Below, piece after piece: positions 25,104-35,500 of a DNA stretch of 64,000 bases. Position 1 is the stretch's first letter. Each line of letters starts with the position of its first letter. The translations under genes were made by a program, and so were the position numbers. This DNA comes from Dudresnaya verticillata (lineage: Eukaryota). The stretch lies in assembly GCA_977862235.1 (NCBI GenBank), contig OZ374563.1:310001-374000 (forward strand). The letters are read 5' to 3'. The notes below the pieces were generated by a model. It did not search any database, was not told where the DNA came from, and saw nothing but the letters and a program-made list of their open reading frames with translations.

Positions 25104-26519
25104 TCAACGCCTCTCCACGCGCACCTTGCACTTGCCGCAGTAAAGCACAGTCGCGGCCATCTGCCTAAACTCAAAGTGGCCGTTGCCAACCTCGGTCAAC
25201 TTGTAGTCCCTGAGCAGCTTGCCCATCAGCGTGCGGAGGATGTGCACATTGTGGTACCTGGCGCCGCACGGCCGCCCACCGAGCTCGTACGCAACGCCGA
25301 GCGGCGCAAAGCCGCGCTGCGTCATGAAGCCCATCTCCTCGGTACCGTCAAAGCGCTCCGGCTTGAACTCGAGCGGGTCGTCCCAGGTGCGCGGGTCGGT
25401 CTGCATGCCGTACGTCGACAGAATCACCGATGCACCCGCCTCCAGCTTCTTTCCCGGCTCATACTCAAAGCCGTCCTCCTCCTGCACGTAGCGCGCGGCC
25501 GGGATCGACGTGTACAGACGCAGCGACTCCTTGAAGATCTTGTCGATGTTGTCCGGCGCCTGGGTCATGTACTTGTACACCGAGTCGTCGGTCTTCGCGT
25601 TGTGGATGAGCATGCCCACGACGGACGTGTGCGTGTTGTTAATGCCGCCCGTGAAGCCGCCCCGCAGCGCGCCCTCCGACTTTGCAAGGTCGATCTCCGG
25701 GTAGCGGCGCACAATGGTGTCGGTGAGGACGTCGACCATGTCCTGCTTGGTAGCGATGTTGCGCAGACGGTCGTTGGCGACGCGCCAGCACCAGTCGCCC
25801 ATGCCGTACACCTCGCTGTCCAGCTTTGGCGACCAGGTGTACGGGATGTTCTGCGTGACCATGCGCAGGGCGTAGTCAAACTCGCCATAGTGGTCCTCGA
25901 ACAGCTGCAGGGTGTTGCGCGAGCCCTCGTCCGGCCACACGCCGTAGCTAGACAGGACCCAGACGTCCCACACGAGCGCGCGCAGCAGACGGCCCACCTC
26001 GACGACGGTGCCCACGTGGTCGGCCATGTACTTGTCGATGAGGTCCTCCAGCATGGGGACCTGCTCGAGGAAGATGTCGCGCGACATGAGATGCGGCTCG
26101 AGCGGGGCATAGTCCTCCCACTTTCCAAACGGGCACACGCCGCCGTCGTAGCGCTCCGGCTGGGCGTTGAGGCACGAGCCCTGGAACCACTTGTCGAACA
26201 GGACGGACGAGCCGAGACCGCGGTGGCTGAGCTCCGTGGAGCAGCGGACCCAGAGATCAAAGTCGCGCGGCATGAAGTTGGCGCCGCCTAGGAAGGTGTA
26301 GTCGCCCTCGATGGACGTGAAGACCTTGCGGAGCACATACGGGTCGACGGCGACCGGGGTGACGATGGAGGCTAGGCGCTCCTGGTTGCTCGACGCCGTG
26401 ACGAAGCGCTTCAGACTGCGCGGGGTTAGGCCCTCCGGGACTGAGGTCTTCGCCATGTGCGCGGCGATCTTCAGCACAAAGCCGATGTCGGCCAGGGAGA
26501 ACGCGGGCGGGACCGGCAT
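25104..26519 (-). CDS. Cytochrome P450, atypical (predicted fatty-acid hydroperoxide-metabolising type), 471 aa
   Basis: K-helix KESLR (ExxR), PERF (FKPERF) and heme Cys motif FAPLGVAYELGGRPCGA. The I-helix GGINNT lacks the acid-Thr pair. Strong GC3 codon bias. Confidence 0.93.
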   Translation of the reverse strand: MPVPPAFSLADIGFVLKIAAHMAKTSVPEGLTPRSLKRFVTASSNQERLASIVTPVAVDPYVLRKVFTSIEGDYTFLGGANFMPRDFDLWVRCSTELSHRGLGSSVLFDKWFQGSCLNAQPERYDGGVCPFGKWEDYAPLEPHLMSRDIFLEQVPMLEDLIDKYMADHVGTVVEVGRLLRALVWDVWVLSSYGVWPDEGSRNTLQLFEDHYGEFDYALRMVTQNIPYTWSPKLDSEVYGMGDWCWRVANDRLRNIATKQDMVDVLTDTIVRRYPEIDLAKSEGALRGGFTGGINNTHTSVVGMLIHNAKTDDSVYKYMTQAPDNIDKIFKESLRLYTSIPAARYVQEEDGFEYEPGKKLEAGASVILSTYGMQTDPRTWDDPLEFKPERFDGTEEMGFMTQRGFAPLGVAYELGGRPCGARYHNVHILRTLMGKLLRDYKLTEVGNGHFEFRQMAATVLYCGKCKVRVERR

Positions 26520-27921
26520 TTTGGCGGGCGGGTGGGGGAGGAGTGGTGGTGGTCTGGGAATGGGAGGGGGATGGGGGGGGGGGGGGGGGGGGGGGGGCGG
26601 GGCGGGTTTAGGGGTGTTCTGCCTTCGTTTTGGGCGAAGGATTGCGGTTCGCGATCGAGGGTGGTGGTGGGTGAATCACCTTGTTCAGAAGGCGCTATCT
26701 ACAGCATGTCACTAGTATGTTGGTTGACTGTATGCCTTTGGGATATCTGCTAAAGTCGCACTTGGTGGCGGTCCAGGACTCGAGGGCGCGGGGAGGTGTC
26801 GTGGGGTGCGGTGATTGTATTTTGGCGACAGAGAAGGGACGCAGGCGCGGGCCGAGTGAGAGAGATTACGCGAGCTGCAAGGGAAAGGGAGAACGACAGC
26901 GTCAGGCGTTTGCCTGTCGGCGGACGCTTTCCGTTCGACGCGGGAGCAGTAGTATGCATTTACTGAGAGCTACCGGACGAGGTCGGGGCGTTTTTGTCAG
27001 TTTCTGAACAGTTTCCTCAGAGAGGGAGAGAGACGCCGCAGCGCCTTACTACAGCCTATGCAGCAAAGCGCGCTTGCAGATCGGACCGCGACGTCGCGCA
27101 TGTTGCGAGTGGCTGCGCCCCAAAGGCCCACGCGCTTGCGACTTTGCGAGTCTCCGCACTGCCTGCAAGACAAGCAGTTCGCCTGGCGGCGAGATGCATC
27201 CGACTGTGTGTCCTTTCGTTTCGGGCACTGCGACTTCCTTGGAGTGCGCACACACACGCGTCATTGACATCCAAAGTCGCGCGCGCGCACACGTGACGCG
27301 CGTGCAAATGTTTGCATCCCGCGCCAGATATTTGCGCAGCTCCGCGCGCAGATCACCCAATCGCGCGCAGCGCGCCCGACGCCGCGCGACGCGCGCGTCG
27401 CTCCCGAACCACGTGACGCCGCGCCCATTGCGCAGTGCTCTGCACGCCCTCGCGATCCGAGTCCGAAATCGCAATCCGCGCGTGTCCCCAACACCAACAC
27501 CGCACCACATCTCCGCCATCCTATCCCGTACCACCGCACCGCCTCATTCGCGCACAATCCGCAAAGCAACGCCATACATCAGCTCATAACAACTGCGAAA
27601 ACAACCGTACTGTAACATGATGCCGCAGGCACGCGCTGCGCAGCCCGACCCGACGCCACACCGACACCGACACCGGCACCGACCCGCGCGGTTCGCTTCC
27701 AGCCTGGCACGAACCGCAACCGCGTTACGTCCATATAAGAAGCACCACACCACCGCACCACTGCACCACTGCGCCGCCGCCCCGCGCACGCTGCGCTAGT
27801 CCGACACTACCAAACTCTGCCCGCACCGCGCACTCCGCCCCCCACCCGCCGCTGCGCAACCCACCCACCCACCGCACGCACGCACGCACGCACCCCAACA
27901 GGCCGCCCCACTAGCCGCACC
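26520..27921. promoter_or_regulatory. Divergent (bidirectional) promoter region between the P450 and the lipoxygenase
   Basis: Head-to-head start codons 1.4 kb apart; TATA-like CATATAAG near 27732; poly-G tract near 26573-26597. Confidence 0.55.
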
Positions 27922-29958
27922 ATGCCGCCCGCCTTCGTCTCCACGTTCGCCGCGCCGTCGCGCGCGGCATCGCCGCCGCTGCGCCGCACGTCGTTCCAGG
28001 GCGGCGCCGTGGCGCCCGCGCCGCGCGCCGCGGCCCCATCGCAGCGCGCGCGCAGCGCGCGCACGCACGCCCCGGCCATGTTCTTCGACTTCTTCAAGCC
28101 GTTTCAGCGCAAGGACCGCGTCGCCCTGCCGCAGAACGACCGCGAGCACGCGACGCAGCGCGCGGAAAGCGTCGCCGCGAACCGCGCAAAGTACGAGTGG
28201 ACCAACGACGCCATCGGCGACGCCTCGCTCATCAAGGGGCTGCCGGACGGCGAGAACCCCAATCTGGGCTGGATTGAGGACCTTGCCTTCATTGTCATCC
28301 GCGTCGCCCTGAACTCCATCTCCAATTCCACGGAAGAGGCCACTGACGCCGTCGAGGAGAACATCCTCGCAGCCGTGTCGGGCCTCGTCTCCCCCGTTCT
28401 GTACAAGCTCGCTACGGCACAGTTTAGCCCGGAAGACGCACGGGAGGCGAATGAAAAGCTCAAGGACATTGTCAGGTCGAGGGCGTCGGGTACCGGCGTT
28501 ACGATCGAAGACTACAAGGACCTCTTTTCCAACATCAAGCTCGATACCGTTGCAAAGCTCGACCAGTTTCTGCGCGACGACATTTTCGGCTGGTATCGCG
28601 TTGCCGGCCCCAACCCGATGCGCCTCACCAAGCTGAACGGTAAGGCCACCGATATGTTTCCAGAGCTCACCAACGACGTTTTCAAAGGCATTGTCGGCTT
28701 TTCCGGAGACACGTTGGAGGCAGCCGCCGCCGACGGCAGGCTCTACTATGTCGACTACCCCGAGTTCGACGGCCTGCCCGTTGGGAAGGACGCCGACGGC
28801 AACCTCAAGGGCAGCTTCAACTATGCGTCGAAATGCCTTCTGGCCGTCCCGCTCAACGTCACCGACCGCCTCACCGTCCTGCCGATCGCCATCCGCTGCG
28901 GCCAAGACTCGACCTTCCCAATGTTCACGGCAAACCCAGACCACACCGACCCGGTCACTTGGCTCGCCTGCAAGCTCACCATCCAGGTGTCGGATTCTGT
29001 CATCCACGAGACGGTGTACCATCTTGGGCGCACGCATTTGATGCTTGAGGTCTTTGTTTGTTCGACGTATCGCACGCTGCCGGAACAGCACCCGCTGCAT
29101 CGCTTGCTCAAGATCCACTTTTACGGGACGGCGTTTATCAACAATGCGGCTGTGTCCTCTCTGATCAACGACAATGGGACGATCGACCAGATCACGGCGC
29201 CGCCCGTGTCGATTTCGCGGCAGATCTCAGCCAGCGCTGTCAACGACAAAAACTTTTCGTTCAATGACTGGATGCCGGACAAGGAGTTGGCGTCACGCGG
29301 GGTGATGGACGGGCAGCTCAAGTATCCGTACCGCGACGACGCGCTGGTGCTGTGGCCGGCGCTGAACAAGTGGGTGCGGGCGTTTGTAACGGCTTACTAC
29401 AAGAGCGACGCGGACGTGGCAGGCGACAACGAACTGGCCAACTGGTGCAAGGAGATTGTGGGGCCCGGGCAGCTGCACGGGTTTGGCGAGACGGCGGACG
29501 GGAGGATTTTGACGGTTGACTACCTGGTGCGGGCCGTGTCCATGGTGATCTTCACGGCGTCGGTGCAGCACGCGGCGGTGAACTTTCCGCAGTCGACGAT
29601 GATGCAGTTTGCGCCGGCGATGCCGCTGGGCGGGTACGCGCCGGCGCCAACGGAGGCCAAGCCGTTTTCGAGCGTGAACGACTGGGTGACGAAGATGATG
29701 CCCAACCTGGAGAAGGCCGAGAGGCAGCTGACTACGGCCGAGCTGATTGGGGTGCTCAAGTATTCGACGTTTGGGGAGTATGGGAAGAGCCTGCAGTTTG
29801 CACCCGACGAGGTGGACGACGCGCTCGAGGAGTTCCAGGAGGACCTGGGGATTATTGGGGCGCGGATTCAGGAGCGGAATGTGGTGGAGAGGCGCGCGGG
29901 ACTGCCGGTTTACAACTATCTAGTGCCGAAGAACATCCCGCAGTCGATTAACATCTAG
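27922..29958 (+). CDS. LOX: Lipoxygenase with N-terminal plastid transit peptide (LOX-A), 678 aa
   Basis: H-x4-H-x4-H-x17-H-x8-H motif (HETVYHLGRTH...HPLHRLLKIH), QHAAVNF, YPYRDDA, WLACK and C-terminal PQSINI (iron-binding Ile). The first 52 aa (MPPAFV...) are rich in Ala/Ser/Pro/Arg. Confidence 0.97.
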   Translation: MPPAFVSTFAAPSRAASPPLRRTSFQGGAVAPAPRAAAPSQRARSARTHAPAMFFDFFKPFQRKDRVALPQNDREHATQRAESVAANRAKYEWTNDAIGDASLIKGLPDGENPNLGWIEDLAFIVIRVALNSISNSTEEATDAVEENILAAVSGLVSPVLYKLATAQFSPEDAREANEKLKDIVRSRASGTGVTIEDYKDLFSNIKLDTVAKLDQFLRDDIFGWYRVAGPNPMRLTKLNGKATDMFPELTNDVFKGIVGFSGDTLEAAAADGRLYYVDYPEFDGLPVGKDADGNLKGSFNYASKCLLAVPLNVTDRLTVLPIAIRCGQDSTFPMFTANPDHTDPVTWLACKLTIQVSDSVIHETVYHLGRTHLMLEVFVCSTYRTLPEQHPLHRLLKIHFYGTAFINNAAVSSLINDNGTIDQITAPPVSISRQISASAVNDKNFSFNDWMPDKELASRGVMDGQLKYPYRDDALVLWPALNKWVRAFVTAYYKSDADVAGDNELANWCKEIVGPGQLHGFGETADGRILTVDYLVRAVSMVIFTASVQHAAVNFPQSTMMQFAPAMPLGGYAPAPTEAKPFSSVNDWVTKMMPNLEKAERQLTTAELIGVLKYSTFGEYGKSLQFAPDEVDDALEEFQEDLGIIGARIQERNVVERRAGLPVYNYLVPKNIPQSINI

Positions 29959-30927
29959 AGGCAGTATTGGGGATTGGAGAAAGTTTGTCATTGTTGGTAG
30001 GTACAGAACAGATCAATAGTCTACCATAAAGAAAGGCACGCCATCACCGTGTGCAACTATTTGCAGTTGTCAAGTCACACCAAAGCTAACGCGTTTCTAC
30101 TGCTGAGATATTCAATGGACGCTAAACCAGCTATGCCGTACACTTCAAGAGTGCAATAAAACGTCTTTGGGTGGTAAAGACATGAGTTTGTTCAGCGACC
30201 GCAACTGTAGGCCTACTGCTTGCTGCTATTATGCCGAAATGCCGACACAGAGTTTGCACAAAGCTTTATATCACATACGGCACTCTGCGTAGCGGATTAA
30301 CGAAACCGACCTTGGAATGGTGAAGTAAAAAGTAGTCTTTTAAGATTACTTTCGCAAATCTACGCACTGTGCCAGCGGAGCGAACTCTATACTTTGCTGT
30401 ACGAGCAAACAAGCAGCTGACTACTCCAAAACTACCGAACCGCGGTCTTCCAAGATAACATTGCCTCTTCCGAACATGTCCAGCGCCTCTTCTTCTGTTG
30501 AGGACATGGTCGCTGGCGCCTCACGTCACGGGTCAGGCACCCCAGATGGCACCCTGGCACGCTGTCACCAAACCTTCCGGAGACGACAGCCCTTTTTCCG
30601 GGCTTCCAAAATCACGGCGCATTTAGGCCTTTTGCAAAAGCAACGTGAAACGGGCTTCTGATTGGTTGTTACAAACCGCCTCCATGGTCTATATGGCTTA
30701 CAAGTGTTGTGCTGGAATTGGCGGTTATAACAGGAACGGCCAAGTGGAACGATCTGATTGGACCACATGGATGCACGTGGTATGGCATGGAATGGTGTTG
30801 GTATGACTCGCACTGTACTCCACAAGTACACATGAACGTGCCATGCAATGTGCTGATGGCGTCCGAGTTGGTACTGCAGGGACTTGCGCTACGTGGAGCC
30901 TGACTTGTGATATCAGCAGATGCAGTT

Positions 30928-31088
30928 GTTGTGCGGCCGACACGTTGGTTTACAGTTGGCACGTAGCTGTTGTGCGGCCGACACGTTGGTTTACAGTTGG
31001 CACGTAGCTGTCGTGCGGCCGACACGTTGGTTTACAGTTATCACGTAGCTGTCGTGCGGCCGATACGTTGGTTTACAGCTGCCACGTA
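30928..31088 (+). repeat. 41-bp tandem repeat x4 within the copia LTR (present in all four LTR copies)
   Basis: GTGCGGCCGA recurs at 30931, 30972, 31013 and 31054. Confidence 0.9.
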
Positions 31089-32505
31089 GGCAAATCTGGG
31101 TGATTACGTGGTCAATGATCCAAGTTGGATATTCATGGACGGACTTGAGCTGGTAAGTGCGGCCACGTGGTGTGCAGTGTTGTCCGACAGCAGCCATGCG
31201 GGGACACTCGATACTTTCACGTTCCCGCCCAAAGTTGGAGTACATATGGGTGGCAGGAAATGCGGTCGCAAGAGGGATTGCTGATGTCAGCAGTTAGCAA
31301 CACTGGTGTGCAAGTTCCCGCCCATTTTGGTGGCGGATGTGAGTGTGCTGAGAGCATGATTTGGTAGATTTAATTGCTTTACTTTTTCCCGCCCATTTGA
31401 TGATAGGGACTTTGGGCGTATCTTTAATGATTTGTTTTGTTTGTGTTCACGCAGCAACTCATCCGAAAAGCTGATATAAGCCTTGTCGGATGGTCGACTG
31501 CAGTAAACGAAGTCAAGCGACTTCCATTTCTCATCTTGTTCAACTTCAACCTCTCCATATTCCTTTACAGGTTATGGGCCCAGAAGGTCGACCTACGCAG
31601 ACTTCATCGCTTCGCTGCAACCTTCTTCCTTTTTCTTTTCATTCTTGATACTGTCCGGTCCCGTCCTGGCCTGTCCTGTCTGCTTGTGTCCTGTCCTGTC
31701 GGCTTGTGTCCTGTCCTGTCTGCTTGTTGTCTGTTGAAAGTGGTCCCTATCCCACTGTGTTGGCTTGTGTCTCTGATTTTGTGAGAGAGTTCTCGAGGCT
31801 CTCGTCCGCTGTTGTCTTGGTCCGTGAGCTTGCTGAGAGGTTGAGTGTTGTGCGTGGTGACTCTCGTTAAGTCAGGACCTCGTTGGCCTAGGGGAGCAGC
31901 CTCCAGTAAGATCCAGAACCTTGACACGGTTGGGCCTAGTTCCATTCCTGCAAGAGACTGGACCTGTTCGTGTGGTGAACACTCGTTTTGAGTTAGTACC
32001 CATAAGGTGGACGTCTCGTAAGGATTGCATACTTCGTGTCTGTGTGCGCACGACACGAAAGGGCTGCTGAAAGACGCATTTCACCCGGAGAATCATATCC
32101 GGGGGCCAGGAGTCCGACTCCTAGGGGTGACTAGGTAGAACCTGGTGCCAGAACATCCCGCGTCAAAAAGACGTTCAACTATCAAGAATCAACTTTTCAA
32201 CTTCAAGTTTCAACTTTTCTTCTTCAGTCCAGGTGATCCCATCATCACCTGAGAGTTTCATTACTCCAAGCGTGGGAGCTACTTGGCAAAGTGTGCTCCG
32301 CTTGTGACTGTATTATATTACCGACGTGTTCGACACATTTCTCAGTTTCGTCGTCACGTCTTCGTTGTGTGAGCTGCACTGCTCTGCTTAACACGACTAT
32401 TACCCTCTGGGCATCGACACTGTTGCACTAACAGCACTGCCCCAAGTTCACCAAGCTTTCTAAAACTATTCAAGTCATCTCTTCTCACCATCAGTCCCAA
32501 CAGCT

Positions 32506-35500
32506 ATGACTGATACCGAAGCCGAGATGGATACTTCGAGCGGGGTCAAGATACCCCGTTTCCACGGCAGGAGAGGTGACGACTACAGTCTCTGGCGTCA
32601 TCGCCTTCGTGCCGCATGCCGCATCAAAGGGGTTTGGAATGTTGTCCACACCTCAAACGACACACCGAGCAGCTCACAGTCAACTGGAGAGGCCTCAGCG
32701 GATACTTCCATTCTTCACGCCAGAACCTTGGCCAAACGTGAGAAGGCTTGCGGGATCATTATCTCCGCACTTGGTGATGCTCCGCTTCGTGTCGTTATGG
32801 AGGTTGATGATGACCCCAAACGCATGCTGGAGCTATTGGACTCGCGCTATGCGTCCAGTCGAACCGTATCCCGTATCGCCGTACAGACCAAGCTATTCCG
32901 TATGACGTACACCGGTCAGAATATGTCCAACTATGTCGACCAGTACACGTCACTGTTCGCCCAACTCGACCGCATGGGCAACGACTCGGCGATACCGGAG
33001 ACACATAAGGCACCTATGCTGCTTGCTTCCATTGATCCGTCCTGCCACCTGGAGTCAACAGCTGCAGCTCTTCGCACCAAAGATGCTGCTGAGCTGACTT
33101 GGGACTACGTCGCAACCACGCTGATCGATGAGTACAACGCCAAAGATTCTCATGGATCAAACGCAGGTGGGAGATCCAGTAAGTCGAAGAGTCGTCGGAA
33201 GAAGAAAAAGAAGTCCGCGTCGTCAGGTTCTCGCCAGCAACACAACCCGCTGGATGACAACGACGACTCCGATGACTCTTCTGATATTGAATCCACCGTC
33301 CGTGCGTTGGCGGTTGCACTCAAGTCCGCCAAGCAGGCTCACTCCACCCCGAACCGGCACCTTCACTGTGATGTTTGCGACAAGGATGGACACACCGCGG
33401 ATCGATGCTATCTAAATCCGGAAAATCCTAACAACAAGCTTCCTCCAAAGGTGCGACAGATGTTCACCAACCAGGGCAAAAAGGGCAACGCCAACTCGGC
33501 GGTAGCTGCATCTGGTAAGAATAATGGTAAATCTGCAAAGGTAGAAATCGCCGGTGCATCGGTTGAGATGACTACTGTTGTTCCTCCGAACGACCAAGGA
33601 ACGTATGCCGACAGTGGAGCAACTGTGCATTGCTTCCACTCAATGACTTCTTTTGTACCGAGCTCAGTATCGCGCTGCGAAAAGCGTACTGTAGTGCTTG
33701 CGGACAAGTCGTCTGTCACCTCAGACCTATGTGGAGATGTGATTCTGCCGTTTGAGCATGCCAATATTCGGCTCAAGAAGGCCCTCTTCATCCCGCATAT
33801 GGGATACAATCTTGTCTCTACTGGGCGTTTGGCAGATAAAGGAATTGAATCCCACTTTCGCCGCTTGGACGTGCGCTTGGTACTCGACTCTGATGGGTAC
33901 TATATTGGATCCGGTGTTCGCGATGCGAGTTCTGGAATGTACATGCTACCAGAACCCGAGCCGCACACTTCGGAGGAGCAACTACTGGCTGTCCCCAGCA
34001 CGCAGCAAACTACTGAGCTCTGGCATCGACGTCTTGCCCACATTAATTTTCGGGACTTGGCCAAAGTGCACGAGCATGTTGAGGGTGTTCCGGAGTTGGG
34101 CTCCACTCATGAAGTGTGTCGGGCTTGTAGGCTTGGGAAAGCACACAAACAATCATTCCCAGGGCACTTCCGCCCGGCCAAAGCTGTCGGTGATCTCGTG
34201 CATTCCGACATTGTGGGTCCAATCCAGATCTCCTTTCCCGATCGTTTCCGGTATGCCACGACGTTTCTGGATGATAAATCCCGTTTCTTGGTCGTCGCAT
34301 GTATGAGAAGTCGCCGTATGTTGAGTGCAGCATTTGATCAAGCTTCAGCAAAGTTTATCGAGCTTGGAGGAGCGGAAATAACAAAACTCCACTCAGACGG
34401 GGCTCAGGAGTATTTGGCTTTGCAGAAAGATTTGGGAGGAGTTGGAGACAGTGGCAAATCCTTCTCCCCACCTTATACTCCGGAGCTCAATGGAATCGCG
34501 GAAAGGGTGAACCGAACCATGGTGGAAGCTGCCCTGACTTTGCTGATCCAGGCTGATCTACCGGGATGTTTGTGGCCGTTTGCACTGAAGCATGTCAACT
34601 ACGTGCGCAATCGGGTACCACACTCAACCGTTGGGGCTACGCCATACTCGGTCATGACAGGTGATGTTCCTGATTTAAAACATTTAAGAGTGTTTGGATG
34701 TGCTGCATATGTCCTAAGGCTCCCACGCGGATCCAAGTTCGAGTCTCGTGCACTTGAGGGGGTGCACTTGGAGACTCTAGAGCATGGGATCTACAGGATA
34801 TTGGTCACTGGCGGTGACGGTATACCTCGTGTGGTTGAGTCGCGGCATGTCACATTCGACGAGTCCAAATTCCCGGGTGCTCCAAGCCTGTTGGAATATG
34901 GGCAGGACGAGGCAGATTCGGATGAAGATTACGAGTCTAACTCAGAGGCCTCTATTTGCAACTCGGACTCTGATGACGATGTATCGCTTGGTAACTTTGA
35001 GGATGAAGAGGATGCAATTGAAGTTGACACACCTTCTTCACCTCCACTACCTCCATCAGAACCCAGCTCATTCGAATCTGATGACACGGCTGAGGAAGAA
35101 AACGTCTCTGACAGTCCTCCGGCTGGTGTGAGTTCAGATCCAGAACGCCAGCAACAGAGTCGATATCCTCGTCGCCAACGTCGCCAGACGTCGAAATGGT
35201 TTATGGCAAGCTCTGCACAAGCTGAACAACAGGTTGCCCTCACAACGGGAGATGAGCCAACTCTTCGAGAGGCCATGTCTGCCACTCCGGAGGAGCGCGG
35301 GTTGTGGCAATCTGCCATTGATGATGAGTTCGCATCCTTGGAATCCAAAGGCACTTGGGTCCGTGATGACAGTCCCGGTGCACAGCCGCTTCCAACGCAC
35401 GCCGTGCTGAAAGTTAAACGCAAGTCCGACGGGACCGTCGAGCGCTTCAAAGCGCGGGTCGTCGCTGGTGGAAACTTCCAGACGTATGGTGAAGACTACA

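Noticed and set aside
25038..26291. 417-aa plus-strand ORF and 231-aa alternate-frame ORF over the P450
   Set aside because: Shadow ORFs expected from the high GC3 of the P450; no motifs.
26573..26597. Poly-G tract upstream of the P450 as a regulatory G-quadruplex
   Set aside because: Homopolymer tracts occur elsewhere in the window (23061-23080) and their length is error-prone; no functional evidence.
27796..29118. 440-aa minus-strand ORF (and 243/256-aa equivalents at LOX-B)
   Set aside because: Antisense shadows of the GC-rich LOX coding sequence.
30928..31088. 41-bp repeats as a CRISPR array
   Set aside because: Contiguous tandem units without unique spacers, inside a eukaryotic LTR, with no cas genes.
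32420..32505. Possible branch point/acceptor (CACTAAC..CAG) in the copia leader
   Set aside because: No clear donor site and no transcript evidence.
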